Shown: positions 1 to 14,742 of the stretch, piece by piece
Layout: every line of letters begins with the position of its first letter
How positions within the stretch are numbered: position 1 is the stretch's first letter
NCBI GenBank assembly: GCA_951406725.2
Contig: OX597815.1
Location: forward strand, 195,176,001-195,240,000
DNA length: 64,000 nucleotides
From: Octopus vulgaris
Taxonomy: Eukaryota
Direction of reading: 5' to 3'
Position numbers and translations under genes: made by a program
The notes under the pieces: generated by a model
The model's input: only the letters and a program-made list of their open reading frames with translations
What the model was told of the DNA's origin: nothing
The model's database searches: none

Positions 1-94
1 TGTTAAATGTTTTTCTATTATTCATTTTAAATCCACGGAAAACATTCGTATATTGATAGGTATAAATAATTTTGGTTGAGTTGAATAAGGGATA

Positions 95-514
95 TACTCT
101 TTTACTCTTTTATTTGTTTCAGTCATTTCACTGCGGCCATGCTGGAGCACCGCCTTTAATCGAGCAACTCGACCCCGGGACTTATTCTTTGTAAGCCCAG
201 TACTTATTCTATCTTACTCTTTTGCCGAATCGCTAAGTGACGGGAACATAAACATACCAGCATCAGTTGTCAAGCAATGCTAGGTGGATAAACACAGACA
301 CACAAACATATACACACACATATATATATATATTTATACATATATATATACGGCAGGCTTCTTTCAGTTTCCCTCTGCCAAATCCACTCACAAGGCATTG
401 GTCGGCCCGGGGCTATAGCAGAAGACACTTGCCCAAGGTACCACGCAGTGGGACTGAACCCGGAACCATGTGGTTGGTTAGCAAGCTACTTACCACACAG
501 CCACTCCTGCGCCT
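95..514 (-). mobile_element. tRNA-derived SINE, family A (CORE-like), full length with internal microsatellite
   Basis: Minus strand starts AGGCGCAGGAGTGGCTGTGTGG (A box), then GGTTCAGTCC (B box), CCTTGGGCAAGTG CORE-like motif, internal (TA)/(TG) tract and (AAGAGTA)n tail. Near-identical copy at 35478-35920. Confidence 0.85.
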
Positions 515-842
515 ATGTTCGAAGTTGGAGAGAAACATAGGGTTAGACATTTATTGAATGTTTAATAATTTAGCTATGAAAGGAAATGAAATAAGGAAAT
601 AAAATACTTAAGTATGCAGAGTGATATAAGGAGCGAATATACAATAATGCATTTTTCGAATTAATTGCAACTGATAAAATAATGTTTGATTAGGTTTCGG
701 AAAACTTTTAGGGTATTTTTATGTATTTTCGTGTATGATAGGGGATGGAATAAAAATGCTGAAGTAGCAACTGTAAGCATGTTTAAATAATATAGTTTGA
801 AATACTGTTGAGGGAAAATAATGAAAAATAAAAACGTTGATG

Positions 843-1155
<313 letters not shown>

Positions 1156-2361
1156 GTACATCTTAATGTGTGTGTGAGTGCATGTATAGTTTTATAGCCA
1201 AATGTTAACTGAATTATATTTGTAATCAGAGAATTTTATACAACTGAAAATAACAAAAAAATTCAGTTAATTTTTTATTGGATTCTGTTTGCATTCCATT
1301 TTAATTGAAATTCAAATTTCATTTCATTTAATATTTATTTGTTTGAATTCTTTCGTTATTTATATGACATTGTTATTTTTATGACATGGCTTAGGTTTTA
1401 GTATATTTTATTTCACCAAGGAAATGTTATTTTCGTTTTCATCTTATCCTAATTAATTTCAAATCCAATTTGGCTCCTTAATTTAACTGATTCAATCATT
1501 TACGACCACTGATATGTATAAATCACGTCATTGTTATGCTTCCTTCAATTACAGAAGCAAAAGCAATCACAGGAATTTAATCTCTGTTCATCACTCTTAC
1601 TAAGATAAACAAATCATAACAATATTCATTACGGTTACATAAAACTATGTTTTTTGTTTTAAAAACACAATTAACACCAATATAGTTTCACTTTCGTCCC
1701 TCGTATAAAAATTAAACTTCTGCTCAAATGCATCATTATATCACGTACTGTGCTCATTTAGACTGAAGTGCTTTAAAATAACACTCCATTGATGGTTTCG
1801 TATATTAGAACTATATCCGTTATACAATAAAAGATTGGAGCGCAGAAAATTAACGTTTCTCGCGACCTTAATAATTAACATCTGTGAACATTTGAAAATA
1901 TAGCGTACCTTTCAATATACATACACGTGCTCAGACAGACACACACGCAAACACACACACACACGCACACATGCACGCACAGACATGCATACACACAGAC
2001 AAATATTACGTAAAATGGGAGCGTGTTCTCCTTTTGACGTTCGCATGTACCCTACCAAGCAAATTATATATTTACAAAAGTATAGAATTTGGATGTACAA
2101 ATATAGCGAGCTTCATTAATCTCCATGACTTCACTTCAAAAGGATCCCATTACAATAAAACGAGATATAGAAAGGATCCATGGGATTGATTTGTCCAGAA
2201 GAAGCATAATCCTTTTCAACATTAATTAGTTTATCAACATGGTTGTGTGTGTGTCTATATATGTATATATGTATATACATGTATATAAGTATACATGTAT
2301 ATATATATATATATACATATATATGTATGTATGTATATGTATACATATGTATTTTTATGAG

Positions 2362-2404
<43 letters not shown>

Positions 2405-2494
2405 ATGCATACATATATATTTATATGTATATATTTATACATATGTATATGTATACAAATGTATATACACACATATATATATGTGTGTATACAG

Positions 2495-2548
<54 letters not shown>

Positions 2549-2552
<4 letters not shown>

Positions 2553-2948
2553 GTGGCTCTGTGGTAAGCAGCTTGCTTACCAACCACATTGTTCTGGGGT
2601 CATATCCACTGCGTGGCACCTTCGGCAAGTGTTTTCTAATATAGCCTCGGGCCGACCAAAGCCTTCTGAGTTGATTTGGTAGATGGAAACTGAAAGAAGC
2701 CCGTCGTATATATGTATATGTATGTGTTTGTGTATGTTTATATGTCTGTATTTGTCCCGTCAACATCGTTTGACAACAGATGCTGGTGTGTTTACGTCCC
2801 CGTAACTTAGTGGTTCGGCAAAAGAGTAAGATAGAATAAATACTAGGCTTACAAAGAATACGTCATGGGGCCGATTTTTTCGAGTAAAGGAGGTGCCCCA
2901 GCATGGCCGCAGTCAAATGACTGAAACAAGTAAAAGAATAAAAGAATA
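2549..2948 (+). mobile_element. SINE family A
   Basis: AGTGGCTCTGTGGTAAG head through CAAATGACTGAAACAAGTAAAAGAATA tail; homologous to 95-514. Confidence 0.8.
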
Positions 2949-3732
2949 TACAAACACTGTATGTGTGGGTGTTTGTGAGCGGTAGCACGTGCGTTTGTGC
3001 GTGTATATAGTAAGAAAGACTGAGCTGTACGTTGGTAACAGACATAGTTTTGTACTACGTCCCGATCGTTCAATGATTTATGCAGATTTGTTGACGTCAA
3101 AATGCATAGACGTGTTCACCGCCTGCACAGCTATCAATCAGCAGAACACCCACATAGTAAAACCTTCTGTGGAAACAAAATTGCATCAGCATTCGACTCG
3201 ACTGCTGATCTGTATAGCTGTGTTAATCAAAACAATGCGAAGAGAAGTTTTTACTCTGAAGGGCAAAATTCGTCGCCCGACACATGAGCTGAACCCACGC
3301 ATTTAGAACCAAGGTACAAACCAGAGAAAGACAAGGCTTAATACTCACACACAGGCTCGCAAATACACATACATACACATAAATATTAAAGGTCATACAT
3401 AGTTATAAACTGATCAGTGATTCATCAACTCGGGAATTTAAATAACACAAAACCTACATTGAAATGAGCGGCAATATTTATAGTATTGAATATCAAATCA
3501 GGGGGGTCATAGGACAGGGATCGATATAGAGAGGAAGCAGAAGTATTATTTAACGAGAGAGTAAAGAGAATACGCATAAACACACACATACCAATATATA
3601 TATATATACACACGCACACATACTGATGCACAAACACACACACATTCACACACACATATATATATAATAATATAAATAATATATAAATATATGCATATAT
3701 ACATATATGTACGTAACTACAATTATATGTAT

Positions 3733-4040
3733 ATCATGTGATCACGTGACCGACCAGACCATCAGATGTTGTCACACATCGCTGGTCACAATGCGTTCGC
3801 ATTGTTTTAGCCTTCGAATGACGCCACCCCGCTGGCTAAGCGAGCAGGCCAACAGAAGAAAGAGTGGGAGAAAGTTGTGGTGAAAGAGTACAGCAGGGAT
3901 CACCACCCCCTGCCGGAGCCTCGTGGAGCTTTTAGGTATTTTCGCTCAATAAACACTCAAAACGCCCGGTCTGGGAATCGAAACCGCGATCCTGCGACCG
4001 CGAGTCCGCTCCCCTAACCACTAGGCCATTGCGCATCCAC
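3733..4040 (-). mobile_element. tRNA-derived SINE, family B
   Basis: Minus head GTGGATGCGCAATGGCCTAGTGGTTAGG...GGTTTCGATTCC; whole element matches 57275-57582. Confidence 0.8.
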
Positions 4041-5875
4041 ATATATATGGATATATACATGCATATATGGGTACAGGACATCAAAAAAGTAACGTTGAAC
4101 ACAATAAGAAACGAAAACATAAAAACAAAAACATAGAAACGAACTTTTTTTTTGGAACAACGAAAAAAACTGAGAAATGAAACTTGCAACATAAAGAATG
4201 TTCCCCTTCAGCAGTTGCCCCTGCTTCGTAGAAACAGTCCTTCCCGCAAAGCAAATAAAATTTGGGAGTTTTTGCGGAGGGTGAAATTGGGAACAAGAAA
4301 AGGACAGTTAGAACAAAACAGTAAAAACAAATAGTGAGGGTTGTTAAGCCAAGACGATAGAAAAATTCTATGCACACATACATACAACAATAAATGTACA
4401 TAGGTACACATATTAATACATAAATTATATATACAAATTATATATCTGCACATACACAAACAGTACACTTACATAAATAAATGGATACATTAAAAACATT
4501 GCCACACTTTGTGGTGAGAGATGATACGAAATAAATAATACAAAAGCAATTTCTAATTTTCGTACAGTTCGATATAGGGTTACTTCTATCTGGGTTACAC
4601 TTCTTCATAGATTATCATTGTCCATTATAGTCAATTTTTAGCCTCCATACATAACTTCTTGATGAGTTGGGTCATACCCGGAAACTAAATATTTATCCCG
4701 GCGCTTATCTTATTTTGCTACTACACACAGATTTATAATATTTTAATAACATTTTAATAAAAGTATTTTCTGTCTCTTCTTTTTCATTTTTGTTCTTTCT
4801 ATTGCCAATATAGCAGTATTGTGTATAGCTTCATTTATATGCATCATATATGCCGTGAACTGTTATCTGTTTTTATGCTTTTGGGGATATTTATTAATTT
4901 TATCACATAAAATGCCTGAACTGTTTTATTTTCAAACAGTAGTTCAGGTTAAGATGGTGGGAGGCTCAGTAATTAAACTGTTGAAGCGCCTAATGCTCCA
5001 AGCCTTACTCTTTCTAAAGGGCCATTCAAGACCATGGCAACGCAGCTCTGACAAAGACAATTCTGGAGATCAGGCAAATCTCATAGTCAAAGAGAACAAA
5101 TTATGAAAGATATTGCATCTAAAAACTATCGCAATGCAGCCCCTTGCCAAACATGTTGGCTAGTTAGGAATGACTGTTGTTGCTACTTCAATTCCTGATC
5201 AAGAATGATAAGCAGAAAATGGCGTCTAAACTTTCAATATGAGTGAATGGCTCAGTGGTACAACGTCGTGATTCCTTATGAATCGTCATTCACAGCTGTT
5301 CGATTTCATGACCAATTTATGTCTGGAAGAATAAAGAAACCGTTATCTCTAAATCTTAGACTCCTAATGTAAAACATTGAACTGTCTCTGCGACAATACA
5401 TGGGCAGCCATATCAAGGAATCCTCTTGATCGTTTGTACGTGTTAACGTCAACGGTTATGTATTTTCCTTGACCCTGTGTATTCTATGTTATAAATATTG
5501 TTTCCTAATCGTCGTGACGATAATGCTCATATTCACACAACCATTGCAAATCTAAATTCGTACGAATAGCAGAAAAGCGAAGACGTCTTATATATTGGCC
5601 ACGGCAATCGCTGAACCCAAATACAATCAATATACCCGAAGATTTAGGGATTTTTTAGAACAGTAAATAGAGTACATCTTCTCTTTGGCATCGTCGCTGA
5701 ATGAGTTTCAGTGCTGTTCATTTAAAGAATGAACAACTAATCAGAAACTGCAAGTCAGTTCCTCGACATAATTAAATCTGTGATTGATGCTAAGGTTGAA
5801 TCAACGTCTATTAAATAAGACTTCCACTTAAGGTTCTTCCTTGATTGCAATATCCCTCTACATAGATCATATATA

Positions 5876-5968
<93 letters not shown>

Positions 5969-6655
5969 TATTACATATATACATGCACGTATGTAAAAGT
6001 GTATTCTCTCCCTCACAGACACACACATACCCACAGGCAACCACGCAAACACATCCTTGATACTGTTAGGAGAAGGAATTCTATTTCGTTGCCAATAAAT
6101 ATATATCGAAATATCTATGAGGTTAATTTTATTTATTTTCTTTCATCTATCATGAATTCCGCATACACACATTGAATGAAATGTCATCTGATTCCTAGTC
6201 TAATTTCCGAGCATCTCCTTCAACTGTCCATTCGCTTCAGTGAAATCACGGCGTTTAAACTATTTGTATTAGCACACAAAAAAATAAGTGAAATACGAAA
6301 CCATTGTGTGAAAAAAACCATGGGCAGTGCGGGGCGATTCTGGAGATATGAGTGATGGAAAACTAAGAAAAGAAATACGAAAGGGAATGGAAGAAGAGAA
6401 AAGAAAGCTATAATGATATAAACAATCATGTGTAAGAGATAGAGATTGCCTTTATTTTAAGCATCGGTGAATCTCTACGCAAAGATCGATTGCTACTGTC
6501 CAGCGAGGATAGCAACAATATTGATAAATTCAAAGGATTTGAATAAAATTAATGCTTCCAGCAGAAATGTGATCTCGAGGTTGTGTAAGAGCGTAGAGGA
6601 ATAAGTCACTAACATAATTATATTTTATAAACACATTTCAACGTATGTAAACACG

Positions 6656-6696
<41 letters not shown>

Positions 6697-6771
6697 ATTC
6701 CTTTATTAGTTTCGGTCATGCAGATGCGGTCATGCCGGAGCACCACTGGGCATCATATTTATTTGTATACA

Positions 6772-6826
<55 letters not shown>

Positions 6827-7141
6827 ATATAAATACATATACAATATATATGCAATATATATAAATATATACAATATATATAAATATATATAGTATATAT
6901 ATATATAATATATATAGTATATATATATATATATAATATATATGTATATATACATAATATATATATGTATATATACACACTATATATATACACTATATAT
7001 ATATATATGTATACAATATATATACAATATATATATATATATATATATATTTGGTCAGCCCGAGGCTGTAGTAGAAGTCATTCTCCAAGGTGCCACGCAG
7101 TGGACTGAACCCAGGACCATGTGCTTTGTAAGCAAGCTACT
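6697..7141 (-). mobile_element. Degenerate SINE family A with expanded internal AT microsatellite
   Basis: Tail remnant at 6697-6750 and head remnant at 7051-7141 flank an imperfect (TA)n. Confidence 0.6.
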
Positions 7142-7859
7142 CGTAGCGGAATGATTGGCTGATGTGCAAAAATGTATTCCATTTTGAACTTATTATTTAT
7201 ATTATCTTAAAACATAATAGATGGTAGTTACTCGGCATTGCATGCAAATATGTTCTTTGTCTTCGAGTAATTGACTATAAAACGTAGGCAAAACTATTTC
7301 TTAAGCAAGACATAGTGAAAGTTTCCATTTACTAGAAGGGTCGCCATTATATATGATATTTTGTCGTGTAATTTTTTTCTTGTTTCTTTTTTTTTTTTTT
7401 CAACTTGAGATATTCTATAATTTCGTAATTTTCTGTTTACCCTTCATCAATTTAGAAAATTCCTCTGAAAAAGATTATTTCCTTCTTACTAAATAATATG
7501 AAAGAACTTTCGATATGAACCCCAAAACTTTACTTCACATTAATCCATTACGAATGTCTTAGTACACACGATAAGCGTCAACGAGTTATTTGGCTGTTCT
7601 ACCAACATATATTTATTAAAATCAGGTTATGCTAAAGTAATGTCTGTCAAACTCTTTTACTTTACGACACACTGACCGAGGAGAATTTATTTTGCGGCAC
7701 ACAAAATAATAATCCCAACAAAATTGAATATATATTATTAGTATGAAAAAAATTAAGTAAATTGTCATTAAAGTAACAATAAAGTAACATAGTTTTTTGA
7801 ACATATAACATATATATGTTTGTGTGTATGTAATATATTCTATTCTACTCTAGACGCAC

Positions 7860-8157
7860 AGTAGAGGCGCAAAGGCCCAGTGGTTAGGGCAGCGGACTCG
7901 CACTCGGAGGATCGCAGTTTCAATTTCCAGACCGTGTGTTTATTGAGCGAAAACACCCAAAAGCTCCACGAGGTTCCGACAGGGAGTGGTGGCGACTCCT
8001 GCTGTACTCTTTCGCTCCAACGTTCTCTCACTCTTTCTTCCTGTTTCTTGAGTAACGCTGCGATGGACTGGCGTCCCGTCCATCTGGGGCGGGGGGGACA
8101 CACATACGCCACAGAAACCGGGCCCATGAGCCTTGTTAGGCTTGAAAAGGGCGCATA
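7860..8157 (+). mobile_element. SINE with family B head and a different 3' module
   Basis: Head matches 3733-4040. The 3' part (CTGCGATGGACTGGCGTCCCGTCC...GGGCCCATGAGCC) matches 59517-59759. Confidence 0.75.
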
Positions 8158-9188
8158 AATAATACTCTAGACACAAGAACTGAAATGCTTGGGGAGGGGG
8201 TCGATCGATTAGATCAACCAAAGTATGCAACTGGTACTTAATTTATCGACCCGAAAGGATGAATGGTAAATGTAATATATTGTATCAAAACTGCTATTCA
8301 TCGTGTAACGTAATTTATATTTACCATATTTTACGATTTATATAATTAATTTATATTTACACTCGAATGTTCTTGGATCATTGTTTCCCGAAAATCCCGA
8401 AAAGATTTTTCGCGGCATTCCAGGAATCTCTCGTGGCACACCACAGTGTGGCAGACACTGTGCTAAAGTATTGATGTGCAACTCTTTTTGAGCACCCATT
8501 ACTTTCAGTTAGATGTATTTTTCAATTACTGTTATTGTTAAGAGGCAAATGGATTTTCGACTATGCAGACCTATATTCGCAGATTTGACCCGTTTTTGTC
8601 TACAAGACTATATTGTCTGGTTTGTCCTTCATCTTCTCAGGGGAATACATCGTAATTTGATGGATGAATCGCTGCTATAACTACTAGAAGTTGAAATCAT
8701 AAATACATACACACATACATGTACAGATACATATGAATATATAGCCATACACGCATATATATATATACACACATATATTCATACACACACATGTACGTCC
8801 GCACACACACATACGCGTATGCAGACACATACACATTTATATGTTTGTGGAATTTCTTGCCTGTGTAGTTAGATATACAATTGCTACTAGTGAGTGTAGA
8901 GCTCCACCTAGAATGTCATCTACCAGCATACTTCCGCCAAAGAGATGTAGTAAGCAATCTATTTAGTAGTATTACCTTACCATGTATGGGTATCGCAGTT
9001 TAGTAGCTCGGTGGTTGTTCAGTGCAGTATTAACAATTAGCGATATATATCAATACACGGGAGCAACACGATCTGATTATATTCCGTTAAAATTCATACT
9101 GGATAATCAGCATGGGTGATTCTTAAATCCCGTTATTAGCTCTAGATATTTTATGAGATTAGTTCCTTCTACGCGCCTATCAGATTTT

Positions 9189-9325
9189 AGCTGGCACAAG
9201 CGTTAGCACGCCGGGCGAAATTCTTAGCGGTAGTTACTCATTGAAGTCGATGTAATCGACTTAATTCCTTTGTCTGTCCCTGTTTGTCCCCTCTATGTTT
9301 AGCCCGCTGTGGGCAATAAAGAAAC
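9189..9325 (+). mobile_element. SINE family C, internally deleted fragment
   Basis: GCTGGCACAAGCGTTAGCACGCCGGGCGAAAT joined to GTCGATGTAATCGACTTAA..GTTTAGCCC..GGGCAATAAAGAAA. Confidence 0.65.
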
Positions 9326-9382
9326 ATATCATATTTTAAGCTGTATCGACTGAGTCAAAGCGTTATATATATAACTCTTTGA

Positions 9383-9457
<75 letters not shown>

Positions 9458-9924
9458 GGGGGAGAGAAGGAGAGAGAGAGAGGTAATGATGCCAATAAGA
9501 CCCAAAGGTGTCAGGTAGTGCTGAGTATGTGCTATGGACAGACCATAGTTAAGCTCCAAATTCGGTGATTATGCGAATGAGGAGTCCAACGTAGGTCATA
9601 TATCAGCATGTGTACTGAATGAGATAAAATTCCAAGGCTGTGAAAGCTTTTAGAACATTTATAAATAGAAGGTATATTTTATATATCCCTTCATCGGAGA
9701 TGGAGGGAGAAAAGAGTTAAGCAATAGTTATTTTAGATAAGATATGAAACAGGGAGTGAAGTGGATGAATGAAAATAGACGTGAAATATGCATGGATACT
9801 GCATCTGTTGATCCATTATTTTGGCAGAATGGTATACATATAAGATTCCAGTACCTTGTGAGAAAGTTCCAATAGTATTTAAAATTTGTCATTCTAAGTA
9901 TAGAGTTTGTACACAGTGTTATAT

Positions 9925-10088
9925 ATACAAGGGACTTCTTTCAGTGTCTGTCTACCAAATCCACTCACAAGGCTTTGGTCGGCCTGAGGCTATGGTAGAG
10001 GACACTCCCCCAAGGTGCCACGCAGTGGGACTGAATCCGGAACCTTGTGGTTGAGAGCAATCTACTTACCACACAGCCACTCCTACGG
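9925..10088 (-). mobile_element. SINE family A, 5' half
   Basis: Matches head and CORE-like region of 95-514. Confidence 0.75.
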
Positions 10089-10127
10089 TTATGCCACTAT
10101 TGCGCATATATATATATATTTATATGC

Positions 10128-10219
<92 letters not shown>

Positions 10220-10285
10220 ATGTACGTATGTATGTATGTACGTATGAAAGAAGGTTTGAAGATGCAATTTTAAAAGATGTTTATT

Positions 10286-10327
<42 letters not shown>

Positions 10328-10993
10328 CTTGTGCATCTAATTATGCATTGATGTATATATATATATATGTATACATACATATATATGTGTGTGTGTGTGT
10401 GTATTTGTATGTGCCTGTTCCTCTGTTCGTGTCTACGTGTATACTTCAATCACAGCTGAATTGAATTGTTGAACAAACTGATAGCATACCATTAAAGTTT
10501 CGATTGACGGTTGTACTAAATGTGACTGGGTGCGCTTAATAGTTGCGTAACTTTCACGATGTTTAAACAAAAGTTATGTATGAACGAACTGCATTTAATT
10601 TTTAATATGATAGTCATTTGATAATTACATTTGTATAATTTCCATAAAACGTTCGACACCATATTGGTAGTGATTCAATCTATTTCGGTATGCATGCATG
10701 CAAAGTGTCTTTTTTTTTTTTTTTACCTCCTTCGATATTTCAATTTAATAATTTCAGTCAGACATCTCGTGAGATGAAGAGAATTTATCTTCTGGCATTG
10801 CTTCCGTAACTCTTTGATTTACTTAATGTACTTCGGCGAAAATATTATATTTTAATAACAAATACATATATTGTACGTTAAACACGCACAGACATAAAGC
10901 ATTAGCATATTGTATTTTAAACTGACAAACATCTCATCTAAACGCACAACAATGAGATACAACCAGACATACACACAAACACACTTCCACATC

Positions 10994-11036
<43 letters not shown>

Positions 11037-11479
11037 TTCATGTAATCTCTCAGTAAATAATTTAATCACTTTAATGATATGTTTGCTTTTCGATAAATAG
11101 ATGGGAATAAGTATAGTTAACAAATACAAAAGATAGTAAATCAGAAGCTCATTTTCACACTGTGTGTTACACCTAAACAATCCCACACACGCAAACACTC
11201 TCACACACACATACACACACACACACACACTCTCTCTCTCTCTCTATCTCTATCTCTCTCTCTCTCTCTCGCTTTCTCGCAAAACCACGCACGCACACAC
11301 TCAAAAACAAACTTATATATTTGTTCGTATCTATTTGCGCATGTAACTAAGTATTGATGTATGCAAGTTTGCATGCATTCATGTTTCTGAGGCTTTAGGG
11401 ATTTTCTGTTCTTTGTTAAAAATCTAACCCTTCCAGCCAAGTTTGGCCAAGTCCACTTTGTATTCCACTAGCAACAAAC

Positions 11480-11800
11480 TACCCGTCTAGGTTCTTTGCC
11501 CAACGTCACCTAGTGGCCTTCTCCGCATCTTTGGTGATGCAATATATAACCAACCTTTTGCAGCCCCACTAACTCAAAAACCTGTCAGAGCCTTTTAGAC
11601 TGAATGTCCCACAATTCTCCGGCAGCGTACTTCAGTTACCTCGCATTCTGCCTGCCAAACCTTCCTTCTACACTGGTCAACAGTTCTTGATATTTGGCAA
11701 GCGTTCTTTCATAGGCCTTCATATATTGTTCTTAGGACACAGTCAGTTTCCACTTGAGTACTTTTTTCAGTGGAATTTGAGATCACTGTCTTATGCTCAA
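11480..11800 (-). pseudogene. Remnant of restriction-like endonuclease domain of a non-LTR retrotransposon (Hero/NeSL-like)
   Basis: Frameshift-joined minus translation KLTVS*EQ-MKAYERTLAKYQEL-DQCRRKVWQAECEVTEVRCR...DAEKATR resembles ELTVPWE/ERKLAKY/EVGCRG of this clade. Confidence 0.55.
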
Positions 11801-12664
11801 GATGTTAACAATGCAAAAAACAAAAACAAAACAAAAATAAATAAATAAATAAACAGCTTGAATTAATTACATTTTTTCAGCTGACATAAAAATGGAATTT
11901 GATCAAAAGAAATGCTCATATTTGATTGTTGAATGAGAAAAATCAGTCCCCTAGACCCAAAGCTTGTGCAGTCAGTGGTTTCGCTATCTCTCCTGTCTCA
12001 TACAAATGATGCTACAAGTATCTTAGCACTGATGAGAACGTATAATTCAATAGTACCGTGAATAAAAATAGAGAGACCCGAAAAAAATATGGTAACCGGA
12101 ACTCTTTTTGTACAAGGTAACATCCTGTAATACATTTGCTGTATCAGTCCGGATTCCAGCATCTGGAATACTTGACTGGTCTGTAGAAAATATCCACAAC
12201 ATAGACGTAAACATCCGCATGATACTGACATCAACTGGAAATCTTCACAGAAATAATGATAACGACAGGTCCTACTTAAGGAGAGATAATGAAGACGAAG
12301 TGACTTTGGTACGATGTCATAGGCTAACTTTAACTGTTCCACGATATCGACAATCAGCATCCAGGATGCGACTGTGGAATGTAAGCATCGTTGTCGCCGT
12401 TTCAGTGAATTGAGTTTCTCTCCAGCTTTGGGAAAAAAATTATCGCTGCCTTCCTTGTGTTGTACTTTCCAGTCTCAATAAATTTTTTAATAAAATTTGC
12501 AACCACTTTAAGTACCTGATTGTGTCACCGCTGAATATATATATTTATATATACATCTGTTCAGCTAGATGTATATGTGAGGAGGTATTCTATAGGCATT
12601 CTATCAGTACACAAGGGACTGGAAGGTATTTCGCTAATACCACTGATGTAAAGCTTTATTGGAC

Positions 12665-13042
12665 ATGGTAGTGTACCACTGCACTGGTTATCACACGGAC
12701 GCTGATCCGGGTTCATTCCTACTGTGTGGTATCTTGGGCAAATGTATTCTACTATAGTCTCGGGCTGACCAAAGCCTTGTGAGTGGATTTGGTAGATGGA
12801 AACTGAAAGAAGCCCGTCGTATATATGTATATATGTATGTGTATGGGTTTGTGTATCTGTGTTTGTCCCCTCAAGATCGTTTGATAACCGATGGTTTACG
12901 TCCCCGTAACCTAGTGGCTCGGCAAAAGAGACCGATAGAATAAGTACTAGGCTTCCAAAGAATAAGTCCTGGAGTTAATTTGTCGCCTAAAGGTGGTGCT
13001 CCAGCATGGCCGCAGTCAAATGACTGAAGCAAGTAAAAGAGT
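12665..13042 (+). mobile_element. SINE family A (degenerate head)
   Basis: TCTTGGGCAAATG, GAAACTGAAAGAAGCCCGTCG and CAGCATGGCCGCAGTCAAATGACTG blocks present. Confidence 0.75.
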
Positions 13043-13873
13043 AGCCAAGTCATATTCCGCTGTTGGTTGCTTATCTACATTGTCCATGCTTCTTGCTGGC
13101 TCATTTTCACCGTCCCGTAATCAGCTTTTTCTCTAAGCGTGCGCTGATTTCTTATTAATGGATTTGCTATTTTCCATTCGTGTTTCTAATCTAGCGAGTT
13201 GGAATCTAGCCCAAAACTGAATGACCTATCGCCACACACACACACAAGAGTTCTTGTTCCTCAACCGTTCTTCTGAAACTTGCAACTCTGTGACAGCATT
13301 CCACTTCCTATCTGTGCAAATTTCCATGCTGGATCCTCGTATTTTTTTATATTTCTTGAAGCTTTGTACTTCTTCGTGGCATTAATAGCTCAAATGAGAG
13401 GCAAATGACTGATTCGTAATGCTCCGAGCACCAAACTAATACACTTGCTTCGTGTTTCTACACCTGTCTGCCTCTTTTGTTTTTCTATAAATTTGAACTA
13501 TATATTCTACGCTCACGTCGTCACCCCAGTTTGATCCTGAAAACAACTTGCTACCCTTTTGGACCTGCATATCTTAATCGCTTCCAGATCATTTAGCACC
13601 ACTCCTCATCCACACACCAACACTCCACCTGCAATACCACTGGATCTTCGTACTCTTTTGGACTCTACTTTCACCGATCTCACTGGCTATATTCGTTGAC
13701 GTATATCGCACTTTTGAAATTTCTGAAAGTTTTAACACCGTACGTTCTCTTATTCTTTTCTGTCGAAGAGCGTAGACTCGAATTTTAAAACACTTTTCCA
13801 ATTTTACCGATCGTCCAACTAATTAATACACTCGTTTGTTGTTGCTACCCTGTCTTCGTCTTTGGATTCTGTA

Positions 13874-13917
<44 letters not shown>

Positions 13918-14361
13918 TTGTGTGTGTGTGGTGTGTGTGTGTGTGTATGTATGTATATGTATGTATATATATATATATATATACATGTATATATACATAT
14001 ATGTATATATATATTTATGTATTTATATATATATATATATATATGTGTGTATGTGTATGTTTATTCATGCATGTATGCATATTAATTAATTTGCACACAC
14101 ACACACACTGACATACTTACACACACATATATATATATACATACATACACACAAGTACATTCATATACTCATACATTAGGTAACAAATCCTCTTCTCTGA
14201 AGATTTTCTGTATCCATTATATATATGCATCTATACACATTCCTACACAACACACAAACACCCAAATACGCACATATATATACACATACATATATACATA
14301 TATAAATGCATACATGCTATTCATATATACAAATGTTCGTTAACAAACCCTTGCGTCCAAA

Positions 14362-14404
14362 TATTTTCTGACGAATCTATACTCAGATAAAAACGTTTAA
14401 AGTA
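14362..14404 (+). ncRNA. Degenerate minimal hammerhead-like motif
   Basis: TATTTT-CTGACGA-ATCT(atactc)AGAT-AAAAACGTTT-AAAGTA: stems I and II pair, but GAAA reads AAAA. Confidence 0.3.
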
Positions 14405-14685
14405 GAATTATGCCGGAAAATTATCAGTTTCAGACGGGTTGTTACTAGACACGTGCTTTAGTATACATTCGCAAAGCCTCGCAGCGATTATCGCAGAATA
14501 GAAAGGAATCGATATAAAACGGATGAGGAGGATGATTATATAGTGGTTCAGTAAATACTTATGCTATGCTTATACGCTTTACACAGAGTGCTTACCTGTA
14601 AACACGGTTTTTATTTTAGCCATTCAGTTCGTGATTTGTTCTACCGCAACTCGGTATCTTCTTGAATTCTGTTCCTTCACATATT

Positions 14686-14742
14686 TCAGCAATCTTATGA
14701 ACGCCAATTTGTCTCAGCAATCTTATGAACGCCAATTTGTCC
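14686..14742. repeat. 28-bp tandem duplication
   Basis: TCAGCAATCTTATGAACGCCAATTTGTC occurs twice in tandem. Confidence 0.9.

Noticed and set aside
95-514. tRNA-like A/B boxes as true tRNA genes
   Set aside because: They are heads of multi-copy SINEs; no convincing cloverleaf.
4068-4370. Possible PLE-type repeat with CTGCTGAAGGGG on the minus strand
   Set aside because: No hammerhead topology could be assembled.
12028-12070. CTGATGAG motif (also at 61558 and 37233)
   Set aside because: No GAAA after a stem II and no stem I/III.
11998-12413. Overlapping 120-aa and 101-aa ORFs as a host exon
   Set aside because: No recognisable domain or supportable splice structure.
13080-13860. Possible ancient LINE endonuclease remnant
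   Set aside because: Only vague resemblance; no intact motif readable.
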